This document shows positions 12,834 through 26,604 of a DNA stretch of 64,000 bases, piece after piece. Source of the DNA: Octopus vulgaris (lineage: Eukaryota); contig OX597823.1 in the NCBI GenBank assembly GCA_951406725.2, positions 77,562,001 to 77,626,000 on the forward strand, given 5' to 3'. The notes beneath the pieces were generated by a model. That model did no database searches and was not told the DNA's origin. It saw only the letters and a list, made by a program, of their open reading frames with translations. Each line of letters starts with the position of its first letter. Position 1 is the stretch's first letter. A program made the translations under genes and the position numbers.

Positions 12834-13675
12834 GTGTGTATGTATGTTTGTATGTATGTATGTATGTATGTGTGTGTGTATGTGTGTGTATGTATGTGTG
12901 TATGTATGTGTGTGTATGTGTGTGTGTATGTATGTATGTGTTTATGTATGTATGTGTGTATGTGTGTTTGTATGTGTGTATGTATGTATGTGTATATGTA
13001 TGTGTTCATACTCATACATGTATATACATGCATATTGTTCTACTTGTGTGAGTGTATATGTAGCCGAGAGAAATTACACGCTATAAAATATTGCTCTAGA
13101 TAAATTATTGGCTTTTTAACATCATCTCCACTTCAAAATATCATAGGTATAGCTTAAGGTGTTGTCCAGAGATTTGCATTCAAACTGCATGGCTTCAGGT
13201 TCGGCCCTCTTGCATGGCACCTTGTGCTAGTGTCTTCTGCTAAGGCGCACCTCCATGCTAACCAGGTTCTTGTGAGGAGGTTTGTTGGAAGAATGCTGAA
13301 AGCAACTTGCCAGACATATGTGTGTATTTATGTATATATGTCAGGGAGGGGAGTGTTTGTGGATAGTTCTATTGATATAGTAAATAGTCGTCAGCAAGTA
13401 TCACTTCCAGGAGCAATGCCATTCATTTGCAATCTTTTATGGAAACATATCAAGGCATGGAAAAATATTACCTTGTTCAGAAACATGAGGACAGGTAGGA
13501 CATTCAGCTATAGAGAATCTCTGGTGTTTATTGCATACAGACTTCCATGAAAAACATGCCTGAGCATGAGGAAATATTACTTTGCATAGAAAGAGGTGTG
13601 GGCTGGCATCAAGAAGAGCATCTGGCTGTAAAAATTCTGCTTTGATAGATGTAAGCACAGAAGAGTGAATGTTAA

Positions 13676-13804
13676 CCTTTAGCACACTTAGGCACATCAT
13701 GTTGCCGTATGAGTTTTCTCCTCTGTAGCTTTAGATATATTATGCTATAATGTGAGGGGAGAAAACTCATACATTGACATGATGTGCCTAGAATGTCCAA
13801 AAGG
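13676..13804. mobile_element. Hairpin piggyBac-type MITE
   Basis: TTAA at 13672-13675 and 13805-13808; about 50 bp inverted arms (TAGGCACATCATGT..GTATGAGTTTTCTCC / GGAGAAAACTCATAC..ACATGATGTGCCTA); inserted into a SINE tail at GTTAA. Confidence 0.85.
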
Positions 13805-14269
13805 TTAAATGACAACAACGATGATGATGATAATTAATCAATTCATACAACTGACTTTACTATCATTTGTCACAAAGAAGATTTAAATAATATCATCTTA
13901 ATTAAAATTTTCCTTAGATCAAATTCCCCTGTATTTCCTCATTAAGAGGTCAGTTTTCTGATAGTGTCACCTTCACTACCTTCTGATGCCAGCATTTCAA
14001 ACACTCAGTCTGTTTATGATTCTTTCTAATTTTGGTACAATGCTCAATTGGTACTTATTTTATAGACTCTGAGAGGATGGAAGAAAGCAAAGCCAGCCTC
14101 AGCAGCAGTTGTAATACCACTAAGCATTTTGTCCAGAATGGTAATGATTCTGCAGTTAACTACCTTCAGCATGTTTATCATAAAATTAAAATGTTGAAAT
14201 AAACACAAAAAGTAGCTGAAAAATACAATTGTAAAGAATTAATCGATTTATATTTATATATAATTAACC

Positions 14270-14560
14270 TATTGTATATTGTACTCAGGCATACTACAAC
14301 TCATCAGGAAGAGTAAGCAAAACTGCATGAACAGTACATAAAATATGCACTGGACAGAAGAAAAAACAAAACAGGGATGGTGGGGCATCAAGTGTACTGT
14401 TGGCCAATTTCAGGAAGCTTGGAAGTTTTGAAGGATGTAGAGTCCCAACAACTAACAATTGATGCGAATTGTTTATTCCGTGCTTCAGTAATACTGAGCT
14501 AAAAATAAAAGCTGTTTCTGAAAGTCATTGGTGCTATGTTGTTTTTAAATTTTATAGTTC
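14270..14560 (-). mobile_element. CR1/L2-type LINE 3' end, degenerate
   Basis: Minus strand resembles the CR1 C-terminal FF..RV...WN.LP region and ends SFKTSKLPEIGQQYT*; homologous to 1740-1955. Confidence 0.65.
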
Positions 14561-14693
14561 CTACATCATCTTGAAGCCAATGGCTATTTAGTGGTACACT
14601 TAGGTTACAGGTAACAGATTCTTAATTGGGAAACACAGCTCTTAAATATCAAGAAACAAAGTTAGCCTTGGCAGAATTCAAGGTCATATAAAA

Positions 14694-14917
14694 GGCAGCG
14701 AGCTGGCAGAATAGTTAGCACGGTGGACGAAATGCTTAGCAGTCTGCCGCTGCGTTCTGAGTTCAAATTCCGCCGAAGTCGACTTTGCCTTTCATCCTTT
14801 CAGGGTCAATAAATTAAGTACCAGTTACGCACTGGGGTCAATGTAATCGACTTAATCCCTTTGTCTGTCTTTGTTTGTCCCCTCTATGTTTAGCCCCTTG
14901 TGGGCATTAAAGAAATA
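14694..14917 (+). mobile_element. Full-length SINE family A with 16 bp TSD
   Basis: tRNA-like head with A box (TGGCAGAATAGTTAG) and B box (GAGTTCAAATTCC); central GTCGACTTTGCCTTTCATCCTTTC..GTC domain; TSD AGAATTCAAG(G/A)TCATA at 14673-14688 and 14918-14933. Confidence 0.93.
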
Positions 14918-15547
14918 AGAATTCAAGATCATAGCAAGAAGAAAGTAACCAAATACCACAAGATATTTTCCTCTGATGCCCAAACATTTCTAGGCAATAA
15001 CCATGGCTTCATGACATTTATAATATAACTGTAATATTATGATAATCAGTAACAGGTTTATCCTCATCTAGTTTCTGTTTTACATAAATATATTATTGAT
15101 CTGGCTCATTTTCAGTTTTCACTTTATGTAAATTATATATTCTGAGCTTTTGGGCTAAGAATAATTAGATTTTTCTGCTCTTATTGTGTATATGAATGTT
15201 TATTACTCTTTCATCTTTCTGTCACTATTCATATATATATATGTGTGTGTGTGTGCCTATGTGTATGTATATATATATATGCATGTAAACATGTGTATAT
15301 GTATAGTCATACATATATATATGTATACATGTATGTATATATGTATATATATACATATAAATATACATATCTGTATATATATATACATATAAATATACAT
15401 ATATGTATATATATACATATAAATGTACACACATATATATATATATATATATAAAGTAACAATTTTTGCCAACATAGTGTAGTAGTCCCATTTTGGAGCA
15501 AATGCTACTGTTGCTTAGCACCAGGATATATATATATATATATAATA

Positions 15548-15584
<37 letters not shown>

Positions 15585-16910
15585 GTATATTTATATGTGT
15601 GTGTGTATATATATATGTATATATATGTTTATATGTGCATGTATGTGTGTATATATATATATGTATATATATGTTTATATGTGCGTGTGTGTGTATATAT
15701 ATACATGTATATATATGTTTATATATATGTGTGTGTAAATAAATTATATATATATGTATATATATGTGTGTGTATGTAAATAAATTATATATATATGTGT
15801 ATATATGTATATGTCTGTGTAAATATATTATATGTATATGTATTTTATACATATATATATTATATTGTTATATTATATATCATTTTCATATACATATTGT
15901 TATACATATATGGGTGAGGTGTGTACATCTGAATGTATATACAGACACACACACACACATATATTGTTAATGAGTTTGAAATAATTACATTACACCCAAA
16001 CTCCAATTATCTAATAAGACTAATTACTTGACAGACAAAAGAATTCTGCTTCCCACTAAAATTCATTCTCTCGCAATATTTATTCCGATATTATCTTCCA
16101 GTAATAACCAATGATTTCCTTCTATTAATGACACCAGCTTTGTTGGAATCGTCTCTCTCTCCCTCCTTCCCTCCCACCCACCTCTCTTTCTTTCTCTGAA
16201 AGAGGTTCACTTGTTAGAGTTTAAGTTGTTTGCTTTTATTGTTGTTAACGTTATTGTTGGTGTAGTTTGTGCTTTGTTATTGATTGTATTGTTGTTAACA
16301 ATTGTTTTTTTTTTGTGGGGGGCAGGAGGAGGTCTTTTTTTTTAAAAAAGAAATGGACAATCACATCTGAATCTGTCTACGAGTTATAAAGAAACTGAAA
16401 ATCTGACACTTGTTCTTCGTTTCGATGCATACATAATTATACAAAATTGCTTTCAACAGGATATTTCCAAGGACCAATGGTTGAGACTACGTGTGGCCAA
16501 TCGTCCATGCTACAAATGGCAGCCAAATTTCCTTCAGATAATACATCCTACAAACATCATTATCATTACCGTCATTGAATCTTTCAGCGCTTCAACCAGT
16601 CATATAGGGCCTGAGTATTCTACCTGTTATAGGTTCAAACTGACCAGATACAGTCTCTCACACCTACCCTAAAATGTCATTCTAGAGGTATACAATCACA
16701 TCATCAATCACAAAGATACATGATAATACATTCTGGTCTAAGTATACTACAGAATCAAGTGCATTGGGTTGCTCAGGGTCTCATAATGCTACTAAGACAG
16801 CTCTGGTGAGATGTCAAGACAGAAACACTCACACTCTCTCTCTCCTACTCTCCTCTCTTTTCTCTCTTTCTCTATCCATCTGTTTGTCTATCTATCTGTC
16901 TATCTGATTG

Positions 16911-16985
<75 letters not shown>

Positions 16986-17007
16986 CTGTCTGTATTTCTA
17001 TCTATCC

Positions 17008-17230
17008 TATTTCTTTACTACCCACAAGGTGCTAAACACAGAGGGGACAAACAAGGACAGACATAGGTATTAAGTCGATTAAATCGACCCCAGTGCGTAA
17101 CTGGTACTTAATTTATCGACCCCGAAAGGATGAAAGGCAAAGTCGACCTCAGCGGAATTTGAACTCACAACGTAACGGCAGACGAAATACTGCTAAGCAT
17201 TTCACCCGGCGTGCTAACATTTCTGCCGGC
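17008..17230 (-). mobile_element. SINE family A, near full length
   Basis: Reverse complement of the 14694 copy, inserted in a (TCTA)n tract. Confidence 0.92.
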
Positions 17231-17869
17231 TCCTATCTATCCACCTATCTATTTCCTTCTCTTCCCCATCTCTCTCTCCCTCCATCTTCCTCTCTCTCTC
17301 TCTCTCTCTCGTGCACACACACTCACACAATGGTCCTCTAGATTCATTCACAAGACTTTGTTTGACCAAAGTGTTATAGCAGAAGACACAGGTACAAGGA
17401 TGTCACACAGCAGGGTTGAACCCCCAAATCCTCTAGGTTGCAAAGCAGCCTTCTTAACCACACAGCCAAGTGCAGGTGATGCAAATCATTTTTGGCTAAT
17501 GAAACCAACAGACTATAGATGAAGTGTTGAAAAACATTGGGTACAAATCATTATATAACTTTACAATTTTAGCATTATTAATTAAAATATAGATTGATGT
17601 CTGCTGATATAGTTAAACTAATTCACTATCAACAGTCTCATCATCATTTTCATTATTTCTCATTATCATCACCACCATCAGCATCAATATTATTATTGCA
17701 AGCGTCTATTCAGTCAGTAAATAAGCTAGAAAATGCACCCAAATTTCCTTCCAATCCCATGTTAATGTCTTGGAGAAAGAGAGACACACTTATTAATATC
17801 AGCTCAAATGTGCTGTGCTGATGTACATATGTGTGTGTATACACCCTCCCACCACCATATATATATATA

Positions 17870-18056
17870 TGATAGATTGCTTGCTAGCCACTAAACCCTT
17901 TTTCATTTTCTCTTCCCATTTATTTCTGTGTTCATTTCTGTCAAAGAGCATTGGCTTGAAATGTAAAAGATGCTCACTTCCTGAGCATTAAACTCGTACA
18001 TCTGCTTGTTGCTTACACACGCATCTTCGTCTTTTGTTTTGTCTTTTTTTTGTAAA

Positions 18057-18075
<19 letters not shown>
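17870..18075 (+). mobile_element. Family E element (older copy)
   Basis: GATAGAT..TAGCCACTA...TTTCTGTCAAAGAGCATTGGCTTGAAATGTAAAAGA...TCTTCGTCTTTTG...TAAACTCTC; flanked by (TA)n on both sides. Confidence 0.7.
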
Positions 18076-18098
<23 letters not shown>

Positions 18099-18250
18099 GC
18101 ATTTAGAAAGACATGTGTGAAAAGGTTGAGTTCTATTTCATCTTTTACTTTGGGGAGTTCCAAAAGGGGCAATTTCTAACAAAGATTCTTCATATTTCAT
18201 TGGTAGCTTACTGGCATAAGATTTTTGCGAACATGAAATTATTACATATA

Positions 18251-18432
18251 TATGGTGTGTAATGAGAATTTATGGAATGGTATCCCATAAAAACTCAACT
18301 GACTATTAAAGATGGAGAAAAGAAGATGTTAAAAATTCTTTTTGAAATTTTAACATATTCTCTTCTCCGTCTTTAACATTTTCTTGACTTTCTATGGGGT
18401 ACCTTTCCATAAATTCTCATCTCACACCATAT
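18251..18432. mobile_element. Fold-back (hairpin) element, about 85 bp arms
   Basis: TATGGTGTG.AATGAGAATTTATGGAA.GGTA.CCCATA...ATGTTAAAA versus TTTTAACAT...TATGGGGTACCTTTCCATAAATTCTCAT.TCACACCATA; the right arm recurs at about 4700-4782. Confidence 0.85.
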
Positions 18433-18847
18433 ATTCTTTTATTCTTTTCTTTCTTTTACTTGTTTCAGTCATTTGACTGCGGCCATGCTGGAGCACCGCC
18501 TTTAGTCGAGCAAATCGACCCCGGGACTTATTCTTTGTAAGCCCAGTACTTATTTTATCGGTATCTTTTGCCGAACCGCTAAGTGACGGGGGCGTAAACA
18601 CACAAGCATCGGTTGTCAAGCAATGCTAGGGGGACAAACGCAGACACACAAACATATACACACACATATATATTTACATATATACGACAGGCTTCTTTCA
18701 GTTTCCGTCTACCAAATCCACTCACAAGGCATTGGTTGGCCCGGGGCTATAGCAGAAGACACTTGCCCAAGATGCCACGCAGTGGGACTGAACCCGGAAC
18801 CATGTGGTTGGTTAGCAATCTACTTACCACACAGCCACTCCTGCGCC
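18433..18847 (-). mobile_element. Full-length tRNA-derived SINE family B (resembles octopus OR/CORE-type SINEs)
   Basis: Minus strand: GGCGCAGGAGTGGCTGTGTGGTAAG...GGGTTCAGTCCC...TTGGGCAAGTGTCTTC...internal (TA)(TG)...GACTGAAACAAGTAAAAG tail; many copies in this window. Confidence 0.92.
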
Positions 18848-19389
18848 TCTATATGTATTTATGTGTATGGGTACAAGTTTGTGTGTAGCCTTGTCTAGAC
18901 ATCTCATAACTGGTTATAAATGATCATCATTTTCATACAAGTGAGGTTGTTCATTTCCAGTCTTCCAGGGAAAACATATCTAGCTATAGAAAAATTTACC
19001 TTGCTATGCTATGTCTAGAAAAAACAAAGAATAGCCAAATAAACTGATGTAAATCCATTCTTTGGTATATAAATCTGTGTGTGCCTATGTATGTGAATGC
19101 ATGTATAGATGTTCATAAATATAGAGAATGATGCCAAATAACTACAGAAAGTCTGGCAGTGAACTGGTAGAATCAGAATCAGAATCATGCTGGATAAAAT
19201 GTTTAGCAGCATTTCGTCTGTCTTCATGTTCTGCATTCAAATTTTGCCGAGGTTGAATTTGCCTTTCATCCTTTTGGGGGTCAATAAAGTAGGTACCAGT
19301 TGAGTACAGAGGTCGCTGTGATTGACATACCCCTCACCTGACATTGCTGGCTTTGTGCCAAAATGTGAAATCAGTATCTACATAAGTAA

Positions 19390-19945
19390 TCTCCCTTGAA
19401 GTCATGGCAGTTATGTCACATGACACTTCAAACATTTTGCTTTTACTCTCCAAGAGCAAACTGACATGTACATGCATGTCAAGCCTCAGAGAAAGATATG
19501 TGATTATATCACATATACACAGACTCGCAGGAAGTAAATAGACACCTTTAATTTTCAAAATCTCTTATTTGATATTAATTGGTTGATGGAGAAGTTTTCT
19601 TCTTGCTGCACATCAATAGTACCCATTTTTTTTTGGAAATTCTACACCACTGGAAACATATTACGACACTTAGATGAGAAATTTTGAAAATTTAAAGGTG
19701 TCTATTTACTTCCTACATGTTTGTGTATGTGGAGAACATTACACATGTAATCAGCAGTTATCCAAAAATGTCAAAATATTACCTTCTTATGCAACATATT
19801 GATGTTGTTAAAGCAATATACAATGCCATCAATAGTAAAGATTTATTTGGGACAAATAGGAAGACTATATTTGATGTTGAATATATCCATACAATCAGAT
19901 CATAAAGAATAATAATAGAACATTCCCACCAAAACTTCCACTGGA
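19390..19945 (+). pseudogene. R4/Dong/NeSL-like (RLE-type) non-LTR retrotransposon remnant, split by a MITE
   Basis: HFKHFAFTLQEQ (compare FEGYAFAIQEQ). After removing 19518-19725, a decayed CCHC knuckle reads (C)(R)L(C)HIYVENITHVISS(C)PKMSKYYL..H.DVVKAIYNAI, then KE...NIPTKTS. Confidence 0.7.
19518..19725. mobile_element. Tc1/mariner-type MITE with TA TSD
   Basis: About 47 bp TIRs CACAGACTCGCAGGAAGTAAATAGACACCTTTAATTTTCAAAA / TTTTGAAAATTTAAAGGTGTCTATTTACTTCCTACATGTTTGTG; TA at 19516-19517 and 19726-19727. Confidence 0.85.
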
Positions 19946-20559
19946 CATATAGCTGTTACATAGCTGTTTCTTTTATCATTTACTTGTTTCAGTCATTGGA
20001 TTGTAGCCATTCTGAGGTTCTGTCTTGAAGTATTTCGTCAAACTTATTTCTTAAGTTTGTTACTTATTCTTTGGGTCTCTTTTGCTGAACTGCCAAGTTA
20101 CTTGAATGTAAACAAACTAACACTTGTTATCAGTGAGGTGACAAACACAAAGACACACACACACAAGCACAAACACACACACACATATAGGGAAAAATGA
20201 AAGGAGTGCAATGAACTTGCCTTGCGGAGTAGAATATCCAATGTTTCAGATGCAGTCTTTCATTGGGGGTAGAGAAAAAATGCTGGAGGTCTCTAGACAC
20301 TGAAATAAAATTCTAAAAATTCAAGCTGTAAGGTGAACAGTGAAAATATGTAAGACTTTTCTGTAATTCAAGATTGTAATTTTATTCTTCCTTTGTCATC
20401 TAAATTCTATAATTCTGCTTGGTTTCATTGTCAAAAAGCAGCCAGTTTTATTGAAAGAATTCAAAGAATTATTTCTTTAAAATGGTAATAGTCGTACATA
20501 TATAAATAAATGAGAAGTATCATAATTCTATAATAGATATATACACCACACACATACAC

Positions 20560-20632
<73 letters not shown>

Positions 20633-21477
20633 AATATATATATGTATGTATACTCACACATCATTATACATATATATATATATATGGTAGGTGTAAGAAA
20701 CATCAACTTCTTAAAGAGATTACATGCATAATGAAAAAAATATAAAATGTTATTTCTTTAGTTTGTCACCTTGTCTACAAGCACCAAAGTGTCCATCTGT
20801 CAAGACCTTGGCTTCCAGCCTAAAATATGACAGAAGATAAAGACTGTAATATGTTCCATATGAAATTTTTATATTGCATACACAATAAGAAAAATCATAC
20901 ATATTCGTGTGTATGTATGTTATCATGTGTGAATATGCATACATATATATACATATATATATATACATATACACACATATATGCATATATGTCTGAATGT
21001 ATATGCATACACACATGCACATACATATTGGAGTGTGTGCAAATATACATATGTATTATAAATATATGCCTAAAAAATAGTAAGTAATCACTATAAATGC
21101 TCTAAAACTTTTTATCAAATTAGTGAAAGATCTGGTTAAAGAAAATATACATCTATAAACATCAATAGTAATTTTTCATTGGTAAAAGGAAAGAAATATT
21201 TACATTACAAATATAAAGTCTAATAGAATTTTATTTTTGTAACTCTTTTTTTTTATTTAGTTATTTATATTTATATATCTTGATTCAATGAAACCCTTCT
21301 AAAATGGTTCACTGAGAATCAAAAATGCAACCCCATATATGTACGTATATATATATGTATATATGTATATATGTATATATGTATATATGTATATGTATAT
21401 ATATATATGTATATATATGTATATATATATATATATTTATATATATTTATATATATATATATATATATATGTATATG

Positions 21478-21516
<39 letters not shown>

Positions 21517-22319
21517 TCATACACATACACACACATATTTAAATGCAACTTTTGAGATTTATTGAATTTTGGTCTGGCCTGGAAATTTTATACTTTGTTC
21601 TTCTATCAGTTGGAAATTTTACTGCTAACAGTATGAAAATATCAATTCACCAGGAGACTTGTAGATAGATATTTAATAAATAAATTTGAAAAAAAAGGAC
21701 AAAATAAAACTATAAACCTGTCTAGAATTAGATACATTGCACATGAATGTTATATAAAAAGAAGTTATAAATAAAATGTAGAAAAAAAAAGTTAGAAATA
21801 ACTTTTATAGTAACAATACTAATACTGATGATAATAATAATAATAATGATATGAAGTTATGATCTCATGCTAAATGAAGTATCTAAACTAATGTGAAAAT
21901 CTTTATAACTGTCATTTATGAGTAAGTAGATAGAAATTAACAAAACTTCTTGTTTCTGAAATAATTATGCTTTGCTGAAAGTAAGAGAAAAAGTGATGGT
22001 GTTGACGGTGGTGGTGGTGGTGGTGGTGGATATTACATGCACATGCATACGCATACACACACCACATAGACATGTGCGCACACTCATACACACAAATGCT
22101 CGCACACACACAAGGTCAAGACTATTCGATCCTCCAAAGTCTGACATGATAGTCTTAATGCAATAGATATCATAAGAATTAATAAAATATTGAGGAGACA
22201 TTGATTAGTTTAGAGGCTAAAGAGCCTCGTTTTATCATGTTTATTCATTCCATCATTATCAGCAGCATTGTGGGGGGTGGGGTTGTTATTGCTGTTGCTT
22301 GTGATGATGATGATGATGG

Positions 22320-22660
22320 AAAGGGGTGGAGGAGTAATAGGGGGTGGAGGAGAAGGATTTAAATGTGATGAGGAGGAGGAAGAGAAGAAGAAGGGAAGGA
22401 GGTGGAGGAAGATGAAGAGGTGGAGGAAGAAGAGTTTGAAGACGAAGAGGAATGGAGAATGAATAGGAGGGGGAAAGGGAAGAATAGGAGGAAGAGCAAC
22501 AGAAGAAGAAGGAATAGGAGGGGAGGAGTAAGAATGGGAGGAGGGTGGAGGGGAAGAAGAAGGGGAGAGGTGGAGGGGAGGAAGAAGGGGAGGAGGGTGG
22601 AGGGGAGGAAGAAGGGGAAGAGGAGGAGGAAGAGGAACTGGTGAAGGAAAAGGAGGTGAT
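22320..22660. repeat. Purine-rich low-complexity tract (GGA/GAA/GGGA)
   Basis: About 340 bp that is almost entirely purine on the + strand. Confidence 0.9.
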
Positions 22661-23181
22661 AGTCATAAACAATGTCTTCATAGTTGTTACCACCATTATC
22701 ATCACCTTCATCATCACCATTATTATTGCCATCAGCATCATCACCATCACTGCCATTGTCATCATCATCATCATCATCATCATATAGTCATTAAAAACAA
22801 CAATATCTATATGCCTGAAATGAGTTGTTGCTAATAAGATAATATGATTTTTTCACTCTAATTAATCTCAAACTATTAATTAGAGATGAAACACTTTCTT
22901 TCCCTTAATCCCTGATCTACCCATAGTCCCTCAACAGGATTTCAATTAGGAGCATTTAATTTCACACTAAAGAGAATAAGGTTTTTATCTAATACCAGTT
23001 CAATGGCCTAGAAGATAAAAGCATTGTTACAAAATGGCTCCTAATTCAACGCTAGTCTGCTAACGATATATACATGCCTGGCTCTGTTACAATGATGAGT
23101 GTTCCAGTTGCTTTGATCAATGGCACAGCCTGCTCATGAAATTAACATACGAGTGGCTGAGCATTCCACAGGCACCCTTAA

Positions 23182-23402
23182 CCCTTTCGTTACCAGCCTG
23201 GCCAAAACTGGCTCTGGCTCTGTAGTACAAATGTCTTGTTTTCATAAGTTTTGCATTAAAATATACCACCAAACCTTAGTCGCAATTTATATGCCTAACA
23301 CTAGCTTAATGATAACTGAGTTATTTTACTACATTCTTTGTTATATTTAAAATAATTGAAAGAAACACAGAGCATCTCAAAATACATACAGTAATGAAAG
23401 GG
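23182..23402. mobile_element. piggyBac-type MITE
   Basis: TTAA-CCCTTTCGTTAC...GTAATGAAAGGG-TTAG; same family as 2901-3120. Confidence 0.9.
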
Positions 23403-23604
23403 TTAGCAGTTCTCAAGGAGATTCAGTGCGACACAGAATATGACAAGGCTGGGTCCCTTTTGAATTACAGGTACACATCAGTTTTGTCAACTGAGTGGAC
23501 TGGAGTAATAGAGTAAAATGAAGTGTCTTGCTCAAGGACACAACACATCACTGGAAATCAGACTAATGGTCATGTGATCATGAGCTGAATATCCTAAGCA
23601 TTAA

Positions 23605-23825
23605 CCCTTTCGTTGCCAATCCGGCTGAAACCGGCTCTGGCTCTTTAGTATAAATGTCTTGTTTTCGTAAGTTTTGAATTCAAATCTTCCGCCAAACCTT
23701 GGTCACAATTTATGTTGCTAACACTAGCTTCATGATAACTAAGTTATTTTACTAACTTCTTTGTTATATTTAAAGTAATTGGAAGAAACACAGAGCATCT
23801 CAAAATAAATACAGTAACGAAAGGG
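23605..23825. mobile_element. piggyBac-type MITE
   Basis: TTAA-CCCTTTCGTTGC...GTAACGAAAGGG-TTAA. Confidence 0.92.
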
Positions 23826-23979
23826 TTAAGCCATGTAGCTTCACAATGCATGCAAGATAAATGAAGCATAATGTGGTTGATCATACTCTTTTGCTCTTTT
23901 AGAGGTTGAATCATTGTGGCTTCCTCCTGCTCAGGCACCACTTTCAAGGAGTTTTGTATTAGTCCCCGGATTTATTTAT

Positions 23980-24210
23980 TCATCATCATCGTTTAACGTC
24001 CGTTTTCTATGCTGGCATGGGTTGGGTGGTTTGACTGAAGTTTGGCAAGCCAGTAGGCTGCTGCACCAGGCTCCAGTCTGATCTGGCAAGGTTTCTACAG
24101 CTGGATGCCCTTCTTAACACCAACCACTCCAAGAGTGTAATGGGTGCTTTTTTCATGCCACTGGCACGGGAGCCAGTCAGGCGGCACTGGCATCAACCAC
24201 GTTTGGATAC
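23980..24210 (-). mobile_element. RTE LINE 3' UTR-type fragment with (GAT)n tail
   Basis: Reverse complement of the UTR that follows the RTE coding end at 53865-54201; another copy at about 42693-42870. Confidence 0.7.
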
Positions 24211-26604
24211 TTGTCACTATTCCTTAGTTATTCATTGAATGTCTCTGTTATTTTTGACATGAAGAGACAGAATGTGGCCTGGACACAGATACACTCACAC
24301 AAATATACATATATACACGTATGCATATGTGTGTGAAATTCTAGTCATTGCAAGTACTAGTGACATAGAAAAGGCACCCAGTACACACTGTAAAAGGGTT
24401 GTCATGAGGAGGAGCATCAAGCTGAAGAACTCAAACCAAGACAGAATAGAGCCTTGTACAACTCTCCAACTTACCAGTTCCTAGTCAAACTGTTTTACTT
24501 ATGCTAGCATGGAAAACATGCTAAATAGTGCTGCTACTGCATTCTTCTACAAGAATATCATTGACAGTAACTTTGCATAGTCTTTGTTGAGTTAAAAATC
24601 TTCTTTGGTTGTATGGTTTTGAGTGGAGTGTAAAATTGTTTTTATTATAACTGAACATAAAAACACATACACACATATGTATGTTGTGTGTCAATGTTTC
24701 TGTGTGTGTATATATATATATATATATATAAATTAGAAAAAAAACACTATTATGTAATTCAAACAATGATAGACATAAACCATATCATATAGAAAAAATA
24801 AAATATATTATAAAACATATATCTAGATCACAAAAAGTAGAAAAAATGAATAAACATTATATAAAAGTATAGTCACTCCTCAGGTCAAATATTATATTTA
24901 TTATATATAATAATATATATAATATATGTTTTCTCTAATTTATAAATATTATATATTTATATTGTGAAATTTGATTTAATACTAAATTGAATTTTTCCCT
25001 GTAAGTTTGGAGTTATACTCCCTAATATTATTATTATATAAATATATATATGTATATACAAACAGCTAAGCTCTTTTTATGTAGCAAAATGAGTTATAAT
25101 ATACAAGATAATGGTTCTGTGTTATGAATATTTATACTCTGCATTCTAAAGATAATGAGTTTTTGTTTATTTTTCATTTTTAGAATTGTGGATAACTTAA
25201 TCATTTGATTAATCCTTTTATTAACATATTTCTGTTGTACTACACAGCCAAGGTTTCAATTAATTTTGCAAACAAGAAAGAATTTAGAAAAATTGTTTTG
25301 TCATTATTAATCTGGTATTTGATGTCATGAATTAAAATGAAATTTTGGTGGCAGGCTTTAATTCAAATCACTAAATGTGTATCATAGAATCAGAATTGGC
25401 TCTATGTCCACCTAATAATAATGTATGTAGAAGCATAGGTGTGTGGACATGTTTCTGTGCCTTCAAGCATTTCCGTCCATTCCGTCCATGCATTGGTAAT
25501 ACCTGAGGAGTGGTGACATTGTTTATGTCTTGTACAAACCAAATGTTCAGTGATTCAGTTTGATGTATGTACACCTTCTTGAAGCATCTTGCCATAGGCT
25601 ATGGTCTTAAAACGTCTTGTCTATCCAGTGGCAGCATAAAACAAGTGGGCATAAAAACAATGGTGATGAAATATATTTAAATGCTTTCAGCAATAAACGT
25701 ATACTCCACTTATATTACTCAGAAGCTATAGGATGTCACACAAGCACTTAGCTCTGAGTGTAATGCTTCTTATAGCAGAAACTGATGTAAGCTAATGAAA
25801 GTCATTATATGACTCTTCTTCTTTTATCATTCATTAATCAATAAATGTGTGCATGTATGCATATATATATATATATATATGTATACACACATATCCATAC
25901 ACACACACATATATATATATATACATAATTATGTATGTATATATATACATATGTGTGTGTGTATGTATGTGAGCATGCATGTATGGATGGATGAATGTAT
26001 GTATGTATGTATGTATGTATTTAGGCGCCAATAATATTTGCTAATATTTTATTCCATATTTACTTTTTGTGGTGTATTTTAAGTTTGATCTATCCTTTTA
26101 TTGATTTCACATAGACTTATGTCATATTTCATTTTTATCTGTTTTAATAACTATTTGAACACTTTCATGAATAATATTTAAACCAAGCACAGACAAAATT
26201 GGTATATGTGTATTTATAACACACACATATATTTATACACACACACTCACACACACACACACACACACGCATATATAAGCTTTCATACAATTTCTGTCTT
26301 CAAAATTCAAGGAATTGTTTAAATTGCGGCTTCAATAAACGATGATTTTCAAAAAGCTGTATGCAATGGTATCACACCCAGAACCACAAATTTTATATAA
26401 AACCACAAGTACAGTTATATGATGTCAGTTAGAAATCTAAGAGCTTTATAATGAGAGAGGAAAAAGTGATTGAAAATTTTTGTATCCTATGCTTCTTTCT
26501 TGCTTTATGGTTTGATATTCAGACTTCTAATTTTATGAAGATTTATCTAGGAATGATTATCTCCCTTACTGGCCACTAGGGCACGCAACACATTTATAAC
26601 CTTA

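Larger units (their letters stand above)
23080..23845 (-). mobile_element. SINE family C carrying two nested MITE insertions
   Basis: Colinear with the uninterrupted copy at 47070-47345 once 23182-23402 and 23605-23825 are removed. Confidence 0.85.
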
